64,000 nt of DNA from assembly GCA_963733295.1 (NCBI GenBank), contig CAVTCS010000003.1, positions 2,240,001 through 2,304,000 of the forward strand, written 5' to 3'. The stretch is from Vulcanimicrobiota bacterium. Its GTDB lineage: Bacteria > Vulcanimicrobiota > Vulcanimicrobiia > Vulcanimicrobiales > Vulcanimicrobiaceae. Both the position numbers and the translations under genes were made by a program. Positions 26,488 through 35,819 of this stretch are shown here, piece after piece (within the stretch, counting starts at the first letter, position 1; every line of letters begins with the position of its first letter). A model generated the notes under the pieces. The model did not search any database and was not told where the DNA came from. It saw nothing but the letters and a program-made list of their open reading frames with translations.

Positions 26488-27438
26488 TTGGCGCAATCGA
26501 TCGCGCTTAACGCTGCGCAGTTGGCGTTCGTTCTACTCCTCTCACCGCTCTTTAGCGGGCTCTTAACCCGATGCAAAGAGATCGTTCAGTCGAAGCGTGG
26601 GCCGAGCGTCTTTCAGCCGTATCGCGACTTGCGCAAACTCTTGGGAAAAGACGAACGAATACCGGATGAGAGCACCTGGATCTTCCGAGCAGCGCCGTAT
26701 TTCGTCTTCGTCGTTCCGTTGATCGTTACGTTGCTGATCCCGGTCCTCACCGATTTTCCGCTGTTCTTCGCATTCGCCGGCGACATGCTGGCCGTTGGTT
26801 TTATTCTCGCTATCTCGGGATTTTTCTTCACGTTGGCGGCGATCGATGGAGGCAACCCCTACGGGGCAATGGGAGCGAGCCGAACCCGTATGGTTGGGTT
26901 CTTGGCCGAGCCGGTCATCATCATCGTGCTCTTCACCGTGTCGTTCGTCGCGAATTCGACAATTCCGTACATCGTGCAGCAACATTGGATTCACCCAATC
27001 GCGAACTTCTTCGCGCCATCGCACATTCTGTTGCTGATAGCATTTTTCATGATCATTCTCGCGGAGACCGGAAAGCTTCCAGTCGACAACCCAAGCGGCC
27101 ACTTTGAGCTCGCCATGATCGACGAGTCGAAGGCCCTGGAATTCTCGGGCCGCGGGGCGGCCTTAATCAAATACGGCGGCTACATGAAGTTCACGGTTTT
27201 GGCGATCGTTTTTCTCAACGTGCTGGTAGCGCCATGGGGCCTCGCTCAACATGCCTCGCCGCTAGCCGTGCTAGTTGCGGGAGGGGCAGTCGCCTTGAAG
27301 ATCTTGGCGCTCGTAGGAGCAATCGTCATCGTCGAGTCGTCGCTTGCCAAACTCCGGCTCTTTCGTATCTCGGAATTCCTTGGCGCCGCTTTCGTCATTT
27401 CGGTCACGGCGATGGTAACGCAGCTGCTGAGCTTTTAG
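26488..27438 (+). CDS. hyfC: HyfC/HycD (NuoH-like) membrane subunit
   Basis: RGPSVFQPYRDLRKLLGK, MGASR, AEP, ETGKLPVD, ELAMIDE...EFSG. Confidence 0.9.
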   Translation: MAQSIALNAAQLAFVLLLSPLFSGLLTRCKEIVQSKRGPSVFQPYRDLRKLLGKDERIPDESTWIFRAAPYFVFVVPLIVTLLIPVLTDFPLFFAFAGDMLAVGFILAISGFFFTLAAIDGGNPYGAMGASRTRMVGFLAEPVIIIVLFTVSFVANSTIPYIVQQHWIHPIANFFAPSHILLLIAFFMIILAETGKLPVDNPSGHFELAMIDESKALEFSGRGAALIKYGGYMKFTVLAIVFLNVLVAPWGLAQHASPLAVLVAGGAVALKILALVGAIVIVESSLAKLRLFRISEFLGAAFVISVTAMVTQLLSF

Positions 27439-27458
27439 GGCGGCGGGGATACGGAAGC

Positions 27459-28124
27459 ATGACGCTGCTCTCGGAACTCAACGCGCTCGTTCTGGGTCTC
27501 TTCATCGTCAGTACGATCGCGATGACGGTCACCCGGCAGATCGGCGCGTGCATTCAGGTCTTCGTCGCGCAGTCGCTACTGCTGGCCGCGTCGGCCTTCT
27601 TGCTCGGCGCCGTATCGCTTTCGTGGCACCTGATTGCGCTCGGGTGCATCACGGTGGTCGGTAAGGCGATCGCGATCCCCTGGTTGCTGCGCGCACTGCT
27701 GCCGAACGAGGTCCATCGCACGCGCGAGCTTTCTCAGACGATCGACGTACCGACCGTGCTGCTCATCGCACTCGGACTCACGCTGTTAGGCTACGGATTC
27801 GCCGCCCACATCGCGCACGCCGCGCCGAATCTCTCGCCTGGTAACGTCTCGACGGGGGTTGCGGGCTTGCTCGTTGGCCTGCTGCTCTTGGCCGTCCGAA
27901 GCGAGGCGGTTCCGCAATTGCTCGGCATCTTAGCGATGGAAAACGGCGCGTTCCTCGCCGGCATCGCGATTGCATCGGACTTTCCGCTCATCGCGGAATT
28001 CGCAATCGCCTTCGACGTCCCGTTGCTGACGTTCATCGTCGCACTCTTAGCGCGTGCTGCGTACCGGCAGATCGGCACGACGGAGGTCGGTGGGCTTTCG
28101 ACGTTGCGCGAGCGCGTCCGATGA
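27459..28124 (+). CDS. hyfE: HyfE-like membrane subunit
   Basis: AQSLLL, KAIAIPWLL, QLLGILAMENG, EFAIAFDV. Confidence 0.88.
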   Translation: MTLLSELNALVLGLFIVSTIAMTVTRQIGACIQVFVAQSLLLAASAFLLGAVSLSWHLIALGCITVVGKAIAIPWLLRALLPNEVHRTRELSQTIDVPTVLLIALGLTLLGYGFAAHIAHAAPNLSPGNVSTGVAGLLVGLLLLAVRSEAVPQLLGILAMENGAFLAGIAIASDFPLIAEFAIAFDVPLLTFIVALLARAAYRQIGTTEVGGLSTLRERVR

Positions 28125-29554
28125 TCTTCGCGATTCCCGGCGCTGCGCTGTTGGCAGCTTTATGGTGTGCGCTCCCCCGCAGCGGCCGGGCAGCGCCGCC
28201 GGTGACATTCGCCGGAGCGATAGCTGCGGTCTGCATCTCGCTGCGCGTGCTGTGGACGCTGCGCGCCGGCGGCACGGCCACAATCGTTCCCGGGTGGCTC
28301 GAAATCGATCCGCTGGCGGCCTTGCTCCTCGTACTGATCGCATTCGTTTACGCGACCGCGGCGCTCTTTTCGTGGGGTTACCTGGCCGATGAAACCGGGG
28401 GGCGTGGCCGCCTTTACTACGCCAATTTCAACCTGTTCACTTTCTCGATGCTCAGTATCCCACTCCTGACCGAGATGGGACTCGTTTGGATCTTCGTCGA
28501 GCTCACGACGCTCCTCTCGATCTTGCTGGTCAACTTTGCCGGTACTACCGAGTCGCTCGAAGCGGCTTGGAAGTACATGGTGCTCACGCTGCTCGGCGCG
28601 ACGGTCGCGGTCTTGGGCGTACTCGTGCTCTTTTGGGCGTTGCACGCTGCAGGTAGCACGGAGTTCAACTGGAACGGCTTGCGTGCTGCGGCGCCGCGCA
28701 TGCCGCACGCTTTGCTGGGTTTTGCCTTCGTGCTGATACTGGTCGGGTATGGCGCGAAGATCGGACTCGTCCCCCTGCACACCTGGCTTCCGGATGCGCA
28801 CAGTCAAGCGCCCTCACCGGTTTGCGCGATGTTGTCCGGTATCGAGACGAGCGTCGTTCTCTACGTGATTCTGCGGCTGCGCAACGTCTTTGCCGCGGAC
28901 CCGTCGCTCCACGTCGGAGCGTGGTTTGTGGCGGTCGGGCTCGTGTCGGCCGGCGCTGCCGCCCTGCTCGTCGTGCAGACGCACGATTACAAGCGTCTTT
29001 TTGCCTTTTCGACTGTGGAGCACATGGGGATCATTCTGACCTCCGCCGGAATCTTCACGCCGGCCGGCGACATCGCCGCGGTCTGGCAGTTGCTCGCTCA
29101 TAGCGTTACGAAATCATTTTGCTTCTACGCTGCTGGAGCGACGCTGATCGCGACCGGCACCCGTGACATCGTCGCGATTCGCGGCTTACTAGGGTCGAAC
29201 CGGATCGCTGCCGGGGCGCTCTTGGTCGGCGCTCTCGCAATCGGCGGGGCACCGCCGTTCGCCGTCTTTCTCAGCGAACTTGCCATCCTGCGCGCCGGTC
29301 TGTCGGCGCACGCATACGTGCTAGTCGCGCTCCTAGCGCTCTTCATCGTCGTTGCGTTTTTCGGATTGCTCTGGCACGTGATGCGGATGCTTGCGGGGCC
29401 GCCGAGCGAGAACCCGCAAGGCAAGCGCGTTCCCGCGACCTGCATCTGGGCATTGTGCCTGGCGGGGCTCCCGGTCGTGGTCTTTGGCATTTGGCTCCCC
29501 GAGGCATTGGGACGGGCGATTGAGAACGCGGCGCGCGCGCTAGGGACCTCGTAG
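28121..29554 (+). CDS. hyfF: HyfF-like antiporter-type subunit
   Basis: WIFVELTT, SLEAAWKY, GYGAKIGLVPLHTWLPDAHSQAPSPV, KRLFAFSTVEHMG. Confidence 0.9.
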   Translation: MIFAIPGAALLAALWCALPRSGRAAPPVTFAGAIAAVCISLRVLWTLRAGGTATIVPGWLEIDPLAALLLVLIAFVYATAALFSWGYLADETGGRGRLYYANFNLFTFSMLSIPLLTEMGLVWIFVELTTLLSILLVNFAGTTESLEAAWKYMVLTLLGATVAVLGVLVLFWALHAAGSTEFNWNGLRAAAPRMPHALLGFAFVLILVGYGAKIGLVPLHTWLPDAHSQAPSPVCAMLSGIETSVVLYVILRLRNVFAADPSLHVGAWFVAVGLVSAGAAALLVVQTHDYKRLFAFSTVEHMGIILTSAGIFTPAGDIAAVWQLLAHSVTKSFCFYAAGATLIATGTRDIVAIRGLLGSNRIAAGALLVGALAIGGAPPFAVFLSELAILRAGLSAHAYVLVALLALFIVVAFFGLLWHVMRMLAGPPSENPQGKRVPATCIWALCLAGLPVVVFGIWLPEALGRAIENAARALGTS

Positions 29555-29556
29555 GC

Positions 29557-31116
29557 GTGCTGACCGAAACACTCGAGACGCTACGCTCGGTCTGGCCTGC
29601 AGCCTCGTGGAAAGCGGAGGGTGACTCGGTCGCCGCGGCGATTCCGGTCGAGCATTTGTGCGAGCTGGCGGGGCGTCTTCGCGCGCGGGAATGGCGACTC
29701 GGTACGATCGTAGCGACCGACCGCGGAGCGGCGCTTGAACTGCGCTACTGCTTCTATGCAACTCGCCATCCCGGGTGGGCCCAGCTCGTCGTCGCCGTCG
29801 ATCCGCTAGAACGAACCCTGCCGAGCATCACGTCCACGGTCATCGCCGCCGATTGGTTCGAACGCGAAATCGAAGACCTGTTCTCGATCCGCTTTACGGA
29901 GCACCCACGCTTGGGTGATTTCGTTCTGCACAACGATCAATGGGCCGAAGACATGGGGCTCATGCGCCCGGGCGTTGAGTCGACCAGCGATGTACGGGAG
30001 GAACGGCGCGAATGGCGGCCGATGCGCGTGCTCGAGGAAGAGGGCGCCTTCGTGATGCCGATCGGACCGGTCTATTCCGGAGAGGCTGAGTCCGCGCTCT
30101 TCCTGTTGGAAACGGTGGGCGAAGATGTCGTACGCGCCATTCCTCGGCTGTTTTTCAAATACCGCGCCATCGAGAAACTGGCCGAAGGGCGGAGCGTGCG
30201 GGACGTTCTGCTGCTCGCCGAGCGCTGCGCCGGAACGAGCGCGATCGGGAACGGCCTTGCGTATTGTCACGCCGTCGAGCGCGCGCTGGGGCTTGAGGTG
30301 CCTCCACGCGCTGTCGCCTTGCGCGCGTTTTTCGCTGAGCTCGAGCGCGTGCGTCACCATATGACCTCCGTGCGAGAGGTGTGTACCTCGACGTCGCTGA
30401 CCGTCGCGGCGAGTCAGGCATTGTGGCTCGAGGAACAGCTGCTGCGACTCTGCGGCGAGTTGTGCGCACACCGCTATCTGTTCGGCGTGCTCGATGTCGG
30501 CGGTCTCATGCACGATTACGAGGCGGCGGCGCTCGAGCGTGCCGTGGCCGCGGTAGAAGCGATCTGTGTCCAGATCGACGCGCTGCGCGATGCCCTGGAG
30601 AATACGAGCAGCTTTCTGGATCGCATCGAGCAAGTCGGCGTCGTGAGCGAACCCGCCGCGCGGGCATTCGAGCTCGTGGGTCCGTTCGCGCGCGCAAGCG
30701 GAGTCTCGGCGGATATGCGAGCGATCCAACCTTACGGACCCTACGCGTCGATACCGTTCGACGTACCAACGGAGGTCGAGGGCGACGGGTATGCGCGCCT
30801 GCGCGTGCTGTTTGCGGAGATCAGGCAGTCGCTGCCGATCGCACGGGCGCTCGCGAGTGACTTGCCCGCGGGTTCGATTCGAACAGAAGCCGTAATGCGC
30901 GCCGGCAATGGTCTGGGCTGGACCGAAGCTCCGCGCGGCGCATCGGTGCAGTGGGCTGATGTGACCGCGGAGGGGAGCGTGCGCCGTTATCGCCTTACCC
31001 CGCCGTCGTTCCGCAACTGGCACGGTTTCCACGTCGCAACCGAAGAATTCGCCTTCCAGGACTTTCCGATCGTGCTCGCCACCCTCGACCTATCCGTTGC
31101 GGAGAACGATCGATGA
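29557..31116 (+). CDS. HycE/HyfG-like large subunit (NuoC+NuoD fusion) lacking NiFe cysteines (Ehr type)
   Basis: WFEREIEDLF, GPVYSG, FFKYRAIEKL, ELERVRHH, EAPRG. L1 reads ERCAGTSAIGN and the C-terminus is DLSVAENDR, with no CxxC pairs. Confidence 0.9.
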   Translation: MLTETLETLRSVWPAASWKAEGDSVAAAIPVEHLCELAGRLRAREWRLGTIVATDRGAALELRYCFYATRHPGWAQLVVAVDPLERTLPSITSTVIAADWFEREIEDLFSIRFTEHPRLGDFVLHNDQWAEDMGLMRPGVESTSDVREERREWRPMRVLEEEGAFVMPIGPVYSGEAESALFLLETVGEDVVRAIPRLFFKYRAIEKLAEGRSVRDVLLLAERCAGTSAIGNGLAYCHAVERALGLEVPPRAVALRAFFAELERVRHHMTSVREVCTSTSLTVAASQALWLEEQLLRLCGELCAHRYLFGVLDVGGLMHDYEAAALERAVAAVEAICVQIDALRDALENTSSFLDRIEQVGVVSEPAARAFELVGPFARASGVSADMRAIQPYGPYASIPFDVPTEVEGDGYARLRVLFAEIRQSLPIARALASDLPAGSIRTEAVMRAGNGLGWTEAPRGASVQWADVTAEGSVRRYRLTPPSFRNWHGFHVATEEFAFQDFPIVLATLDLSVAENDR

Positions 31117-31850
31117 ACTGGTTCTTGCGCGGCTTGCGCGCCGGCGTGCGGACCGAGCGGGAGCCCGTGGGCCGCGACGCGGCGCTTTCCCTATCGCCTG
31201 GCCTTCCGCGTGCGACGCTGCATCCATCGACCCAAGCAGCCACCGACATTGCAAAGGTTTGCCCGACCGGCGCAATCGTTGCGGAAGAATCGGTCGCTCG
31301 CGTTCTCCAAGACCGCTGCGTTGAATGTATGCGATGCAAGGCGGCGGGGTCGAGCGCGCAAGGCTGGGACCAAAACGTCCGCGTCGCACACGCTCCCGAA
31401 GAGCGGGGATTCGATCCGCTCGATGGCAGCTTCAAGAGATCGCTCCACGTGCGCATCGTCGACGCCGGCGACTGCGGGTCGTGTTTGAACGAACTGGCGC
31501 AACTCAACGGTCCATCGTACAACCTCCACCGGTTCGGGATCTTTATTACGCCGACTCCGCGTCAGGCAGACGTGTTGCTCGTCGTCGGACCGGTGACGCG
31601 ACAGATGCGCGGCCCTCTCCGGGCCGCCTACGATGCAATGCCGGACCCGAAGCGCGTCGTTGCGGTCGGCGCGTGCGCCGCGAGCGGCGGAATCTTTGGT
31701 CCCTCCGTCATGTGTGCCGCAGGGGTGGCCGACGCGGTCCCGGTCGACCTCGTGGTCCCAGGATGCCCCCCGCCGCCGTTCGCGATCGTCCACGCGCTGC
31801 GCGCCGTGTGTGGGCAGCAACCACTCAATCTCGCGAGCGATCTGGCATGA
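31113..31850 (+). CDS. Ferredoxin-like + NuoB/HycG small subunit fusion
   Basis: CPTGAI...CVECMRC, then DAGDCGSCLNE, PRQADVLLV, GACAASGG, PGCPP. Confidence 0.9.
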   Translation: MNWFLRGLRAGVRTEREPVGRDAALSLSPGLPRATLHPSTQAATDIAKVCPTGAIVAEESVARVLQDRCVECMRCKAAGSSAQGWDQNVRVAHAPEERGFDPLDGSFKRSLHVRIVDAGDCGSCLNELAQLNGPSYNLHRFGIFITPTPRQADVLLVVGPVTRQMRGPLRAAYDAMPDPKRVVAVGACAASGGIFGPSVMCAAGVADAVPVDLVVPGCPPPPFAIVHALRAVCGQQPLNLASDLA

Positions 31851-33982
31851 ACCAGTGGGAACTCGCCGTGACCCTCGCAGCCGTGGCACTTCCCATCGTC
31901 GGCGCGCTCGTGTGCCTCGTTTTGCCGGAACGAGCCGCCGTGCGCATTCTCACGGCAACCTGTTCCTGTGCTGCCGCTCTATCGCTTACGGCCGGCATCG
32001 GCGTCTTGATCGCCGGTCCGAGCGGAGATCGCCTCCTCTGGTCTTTCCCCGTACTCGGCCCCCTGGCGATCGGTACGACGCGCTTAGCAGCGCTCTTCAC
32101 CTGCAGTGCCTCTTTGGTCTACGTCCCGACGTCGCTCTATACGGCTCGCTATTTAGAGCGCTATCAGCACGAGTACTCGATGCGCGCTTTTGCTTGCTGG
32201 TACAGCGTGCTGCTGGCAGCAATTATCGGGCTCTTCATTTGCCGAGACGTGGCGTCGTTCTTCATTGCATGGGAGATCGTCGCGATCGCGAGCGCAGCAC
32301 TGGTTGCGTATGAGTGGCGCCGATCGGACAATGCCCGCGCTGCCTTCGTCATGCTGGCGATGAGCGAAGCGGGAACGGTAGCGGCGATCGTCGCCGTCTT
32401 GCTGGCGCGCAGCGGCTCCGGCTCGCTGCTCTTCGGCGCGCCGAGTCCCGCGCTGACGGCGCCGCTGACGTGGTCCGTCTTTCTGTTGTCGTTCTTCGGC
32501 TTTGGAGTAAAGGCCGGCTTGTTGCCGGTGAACTCTTGGCTGCCACGCGCGCACCCGATCGCACCCGGCAACGTCTCGGCGCTGCTCTCGGGAGTCATTT
32601 TGAACCTCGGCGTTTACGGAATCGTGCTCGTGAACATGGAAATGGTTCCAGTCCGCTTTGCGGCCGAGGGAGTCGTGGTATTGATTGTCGGCGCTTCTTC
32701 AGCATTGATCGGCATACTCTACGCCACGATCGAAGACGATCTCAAGACGATGCTGGCCTACAGTTCGGTTGAGAATCTTGGGATCGCGCTGACGGCCCTC
32801 GGGGCCAGTTTTGTCTTCATCGCTGAGGATAAGCCGCTCTTCGCAGCGATCGGGTTTGCCGCGGGCATCTATCACGTGGCAAACCACTCCGCGTACAAGG
32901 CCCTGCTCTTCCTTGGAGCCGCCACCATCGACATGAAATTGGGTGGCCGTTCCATGAATCGCCTCGGCGGAGTGATCCGCGTCCTGCCTGTCACCGGCTC
33001 GCTCTTTCTTGTGGGGGTTCTTTCGATCGCCGCGATTCCGCCGCTCAACGGTTTCGCCAGCGAATGGTTGACGTTCCAAGCGCTTCTGCGAAGCGCGGAA
33101 CTCTCTCCGACGGCGCTACGCGTCGCCTTCGCGCTGTGCGGCGCGGCGCTCGCGCTCACGGCGGCCCTAGCGGTGACGTGTTTCGTTAAGGCCTTCGGCA
33201 TGACGTTTCTCGGCAGTGCGCGAACGGCGCTGCCGAAGGTGACCGAAGCGCCGTTCGCGATGCGGCTTGGAATGACGCTACTCGCGCTCGAGTGCGTGCT
33301 CTTGGGAGTTCTGCCGACTTACGTGCTTGCCGCGATCGGCCATGGCGGCGCCGATATCCTCGGACAGAGCGCAGTGAGCGCCGCTCTCGTACCGCCATTT
33401 TTCAAGCCGGCTGAGGGCCCGAGCCCGCTGCCTGCGGATTTCCTCGCAACCTTTCACGCGCTCGGCGCTCAGATCGGCGCGGGACTACCGGGGCGTGGAC
33501 TCGTCGTGATGCTTCGCGGCGGAACCGCAAATCCGGTTGTGTTTGCGATGTCGACGACGTACCTCGCGCTGATCATCGCGGTGTTTGTCGGCGCGGCGTA
33601 CTGCGTGGTCCGTTTCGTTACCCGCGCCAGGCTGGCCCTGCGAATGCCACTCTGGAGCGGTGGATTGCAACCCCTGCTGCCCGAGATGACCTACACGGCA
33701 ACGGGCTTTTCGAATCCGGTTCGCGTCATTTTCGATGCGATCTTCAATCCCGTCGAGCTCGAGAACGAGCGGGAAACGGTCAACGAGCATTTCCGTTCGG
33801 CAATTCGACGCAAGCGCGAAGACGTGTTTCTTGCCGACCGCTTCTTTAGCGCTCCCCTGACGGCGGCCGTCCAACGTGCGGCGTTCTTGCTCGCCAGAAT
33901 GCACCAAGGCCGGCTTTCCGCGTACGTCGCCTATGCGCTCGCGACTCTCGTTGTAGCGCTCGCTCTTGCAATGTTGACGTGA
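31847..33982 (+). CDS. hyfB: HyfB-like antiporter-type subunit
   Basis: FFIAWEI, GFGVKAGLLP..WLPRAHPIAP, KTMLAYSSVENLG, NHSAYKALLFLGA, PPLNGFASEW; ATGA overlap. Confidence 0.9.
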   Translation: MNQWELAVTLAAVALPIVGALVCLVLPERAAVRILTATCSCAAALSLTAGIGVLIAGPSGDRLLWSFPVLGPLAIGTTRLAALFTCSASLVYVPTSLYTARYLERYQHEYSMRAFACWYSVLLAAIIGLFICRDVASFFIAWEIVAIASAALVAYEWRRSDNARAAFVMLAMSEAGTVAAIVAVLLARSGSGSLLFGAPSPALTAPLTWSVFLLSFFGFGVKAGLLPVNSWLPRAHPIAPGNVSALLSGVILNLGVYGIVLVNMEMVPVRFAAEGVVVLIVGASSALIGILYATIEDDLKTMLAYSSVENLGIALTALGASFVFIAEDKPLFAAIGFAAGIYHVANHSAYKALLFLGAATIDMKLGGRSMNRLGGVIRVLPVTGSLFLVGVLSIAAIPPLNGFASEWLTFQALLRSAELSPTALRVAFALCGAALALTAALAVTCFVKAFGMTFLGSARTALPKVTEAPFAMRLGMTLLALECVLLGVLPTYVLAAIGHGGADILGQSAVSAALVPPFFKPAEGPSPLPADFLATFHALGAQIGAGLPGRGLVVMLRGGTANPVVFAMSTTYLALIIAVFVGAAYCVVRFVTRARLALRMPLWSGGLQPLLPEMTYTATGFSNPVRVIFDAIFNPVELENERETVNEHFRSAIRRKREDVFLADRFFSAPLTAAVQRAAFLLARMHQGRLSAYVAYALATLVVALALAMLT

Positions 33983-34018
33983 GCACGTGCTTGAATGGCA
34001 GCATCGCGTATAGTGCGC

Positions 34019-34081
34019 GGAACCGCTTGGAACTATCCTAGACCGTCGATGCGGTCTCCGGTATAACCCTCAAGCGGTTCC
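34019..34081. repeat. Nested inverted repeat at the right edge of the island
   Basis: GGAACCGCTTG (34019-34029) / CAAGCGGTTCC (34071-34081) enclosing AGACCG-tcgatg-CGGTCT. Confidence 0.7.
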
Positions 34082-34232
34082 TTCTGGGCAAGTGAGCGAA
34101 GAACACTCCGCGATACGCATTTCAGCGCTCACGAGAGACGGGCGGCCCTCCTCGGGATCGCGGCAACGCCCTCGTGCTGCAGCAAAGGGCGGCGCTAGAG
34201 GCGCACGCCGCTTGGGCGTTCTAGTCACCGGG

Positions 34233-35198
34233 GTGATTCTCGCCACGATCGCCCCGGACGACTACGTGCGGGAAGTCTTGCCCGGAACGCACGGGATGTG
34301 GGGTGGAAAGCGTAATTTCGAAAGCTACGCCGACGATTTCCGCGCGATGGCCGGCTCCGCGTATCTCAAGCGGCGGCGCTTCACGGTCGGCCTGCGCATG
34401 GACGGGCGCCTCGTCAGTTCGTGCAAGCTGTACGATCGCGAGATTCGCTGGGGACAAAAGACGTTGCGCGCGACCGGAATCGGCGCGGTATATACGCCGG
34501 AGAACTTGCGCGGACGCGGTTACGCGAGCGCGATGCTCGGTGCCTTACTCGACGACGAACGCGCCGCGGGCCGCGACCTCGCTTTCTTGTTTTCGGATAT
34601 TCACCCGGTTTTCTACGAACGGCTCGGCTTCGTCGCACTTCCCTCGCGCGTGATCACGGTGCGCGCGACCTCGCTCGACGGCTCGCCGGCAGGCGGCGTT
34701 CCGCTCGAGTCCTCCGATTGGGCGGCAATCCGGCGTTGCTTCGATGCGCTCGAAAGCGGACGGGCGTGGAGCTTCAAACGAACTCCGCTCGTCTGGGATT
34801 GGATGCGCGGCATGTGGTCGCGCCCCGTCGACGCCCCAACGCAGCGCGTACAGCTCGTCGTTCGCCGCAGCCGCAGCTTGATCGCCTACGCGCTGGGCCG
34901 GCGGATACCCGGCAAAGACACGTTCGTCGTTGACGACTTCGCATTCGAAGGCGCAGCCGGGCGCGCCGTGCTGCCGGCATTGCTGCGCTCGGCGGCAGGC
35001 GATCTGCGCCGCGTCGGCGGTTGGTTGCCGCCGCCCCTCGCACGCGAAGCGCTGCCGCGCGGTTCGGTTCGGCCGCGCAAAGACGCAATCTTCATGCTCG
35101 CGCCGCTTTCCTCGCTCGCGCGTTCGTGGTGGATCGCAAACCGGGCGGAGGTCGCGAACGGCGCCGCCGACGCGTGCTGGAGCGCCGATCACATATGA
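34233..35198 (+). CDS. GNAT acetyltransferase (Eis-like)
   Basis: GIGAVYTPENLRGRGYASAML, LFSDI..FYERLGF. Confidence 0.85.
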   Translation: MILATIAPDDYVREVLPGTHGMWGGKRNFESYADDFRAMAGSAYLKRRRFTVGLRMDGRLVSSCKLYDREIRWGQKTLRATGIGAVYTPENLRGRGYASAMLGALLDDERAAGRDLAFLFSDIHPVFYERLGFVALPSRVITVRATSLDGSPAGGVPLESSDWAAIRRCFDALESGRAWSFKRTPLVWDWMRGMWSRPVDAPTQRVQLVVRRSRSLIAYALGRRIPGKDTFVVDDFAFEGAAGRAVLPALLRSAAGDLRRVGGWLPPPLAREALPRGSVRPRKDAIFMLAPLSSLARSWWIANRAEVANGAADACWSADHI

Positions 35199-35797
35199 GC
35201 CGCGAATTGCGCTTCGTGCTAATCTTGTTCGCTTCGATTTTCGGAGTGTGCATCGTCGCGGGGATCGCGGCGGTCTTCTTCCTCGGCAGCACGGTCGCGC
35301 ACATCGAACAATCGTCCACGCCGGATTCGCGCAGACGTATCGCGGAAAAGATCGCTCCGGTTCCGAAGGGCTATCGCGTCGCGTCCGCGACCGAAATCCT
35401 GTTCACGCGGAATGCGACGTTGAAATCCGCGGATAACGGCATGAGCATCATGTTGCAGAGCAATTCGATTCCGGGCGCGACCGTCCCGAACGCAAACGAA
35501 AACGCGCTTCCGCGAGAGGCTTTTCACAAGACCATGCAGCTGATGCTCGGACGCATGTGCCCCAAGCCCGTCCCCGCTGCCACCGAGCGCATTTTGGTGA
35601 AGAATCGTACGATCCTATTGGACGTCTTCGAATGCCCGGAAGGCCGCATTCCCTTCAAATCGGAGTACGGGCAATTCCAGGGACGCTCCGGGCCGGCGAC
35701 GATTACCGCTATCGGCACTCCGGCGAACTGGGACGCCGAAGCGGTGCGGGAGGTTCTCGGCGCCGCGCCCTCGGGCGAAGCGGAAGTACGGCGGTAG
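35195..35797 (+). CDS. Membrane-anchored hypothetical protein
   Basis: ATGA overlap; N-terminal TM helix. Confidence 0.7.
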   Translation: MSRELRFVLILFASIFGVCIVAGIAAVFFLGSTVAHIEQSSTPDSRRRIAEKIAPVPKGYRVASATEILFTRNATLKSADNGMSIMLQSNSIPGATVPNANENALPREAFHKTMQLMLGRMCPKPVPAATERILVKNRTILLDVFECPEGRIPFKSEYGQFQGRSGPATITAIGTPANWDAEAVREVLGAAPSGEAEVRR

Positions 35798-35819
35798 CGG
35801 CGGGGCGAACGGAGGCCGC

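Noticed and set aside
29557..31116. Functional [NiFe] hydrogenase-4 / formate hydrogenlyase
   Set aside because: Both CxxC nickel-binding motifs are missing, and there are no maturation or formate dehydrogenase genes in the window.
16828..34232. Annotating the fluoride block as a mobile element
   Set aside because: No integrase, transposase, tRNA or flanking direct repeat found by eye; horizontal origin remains an untested inference.
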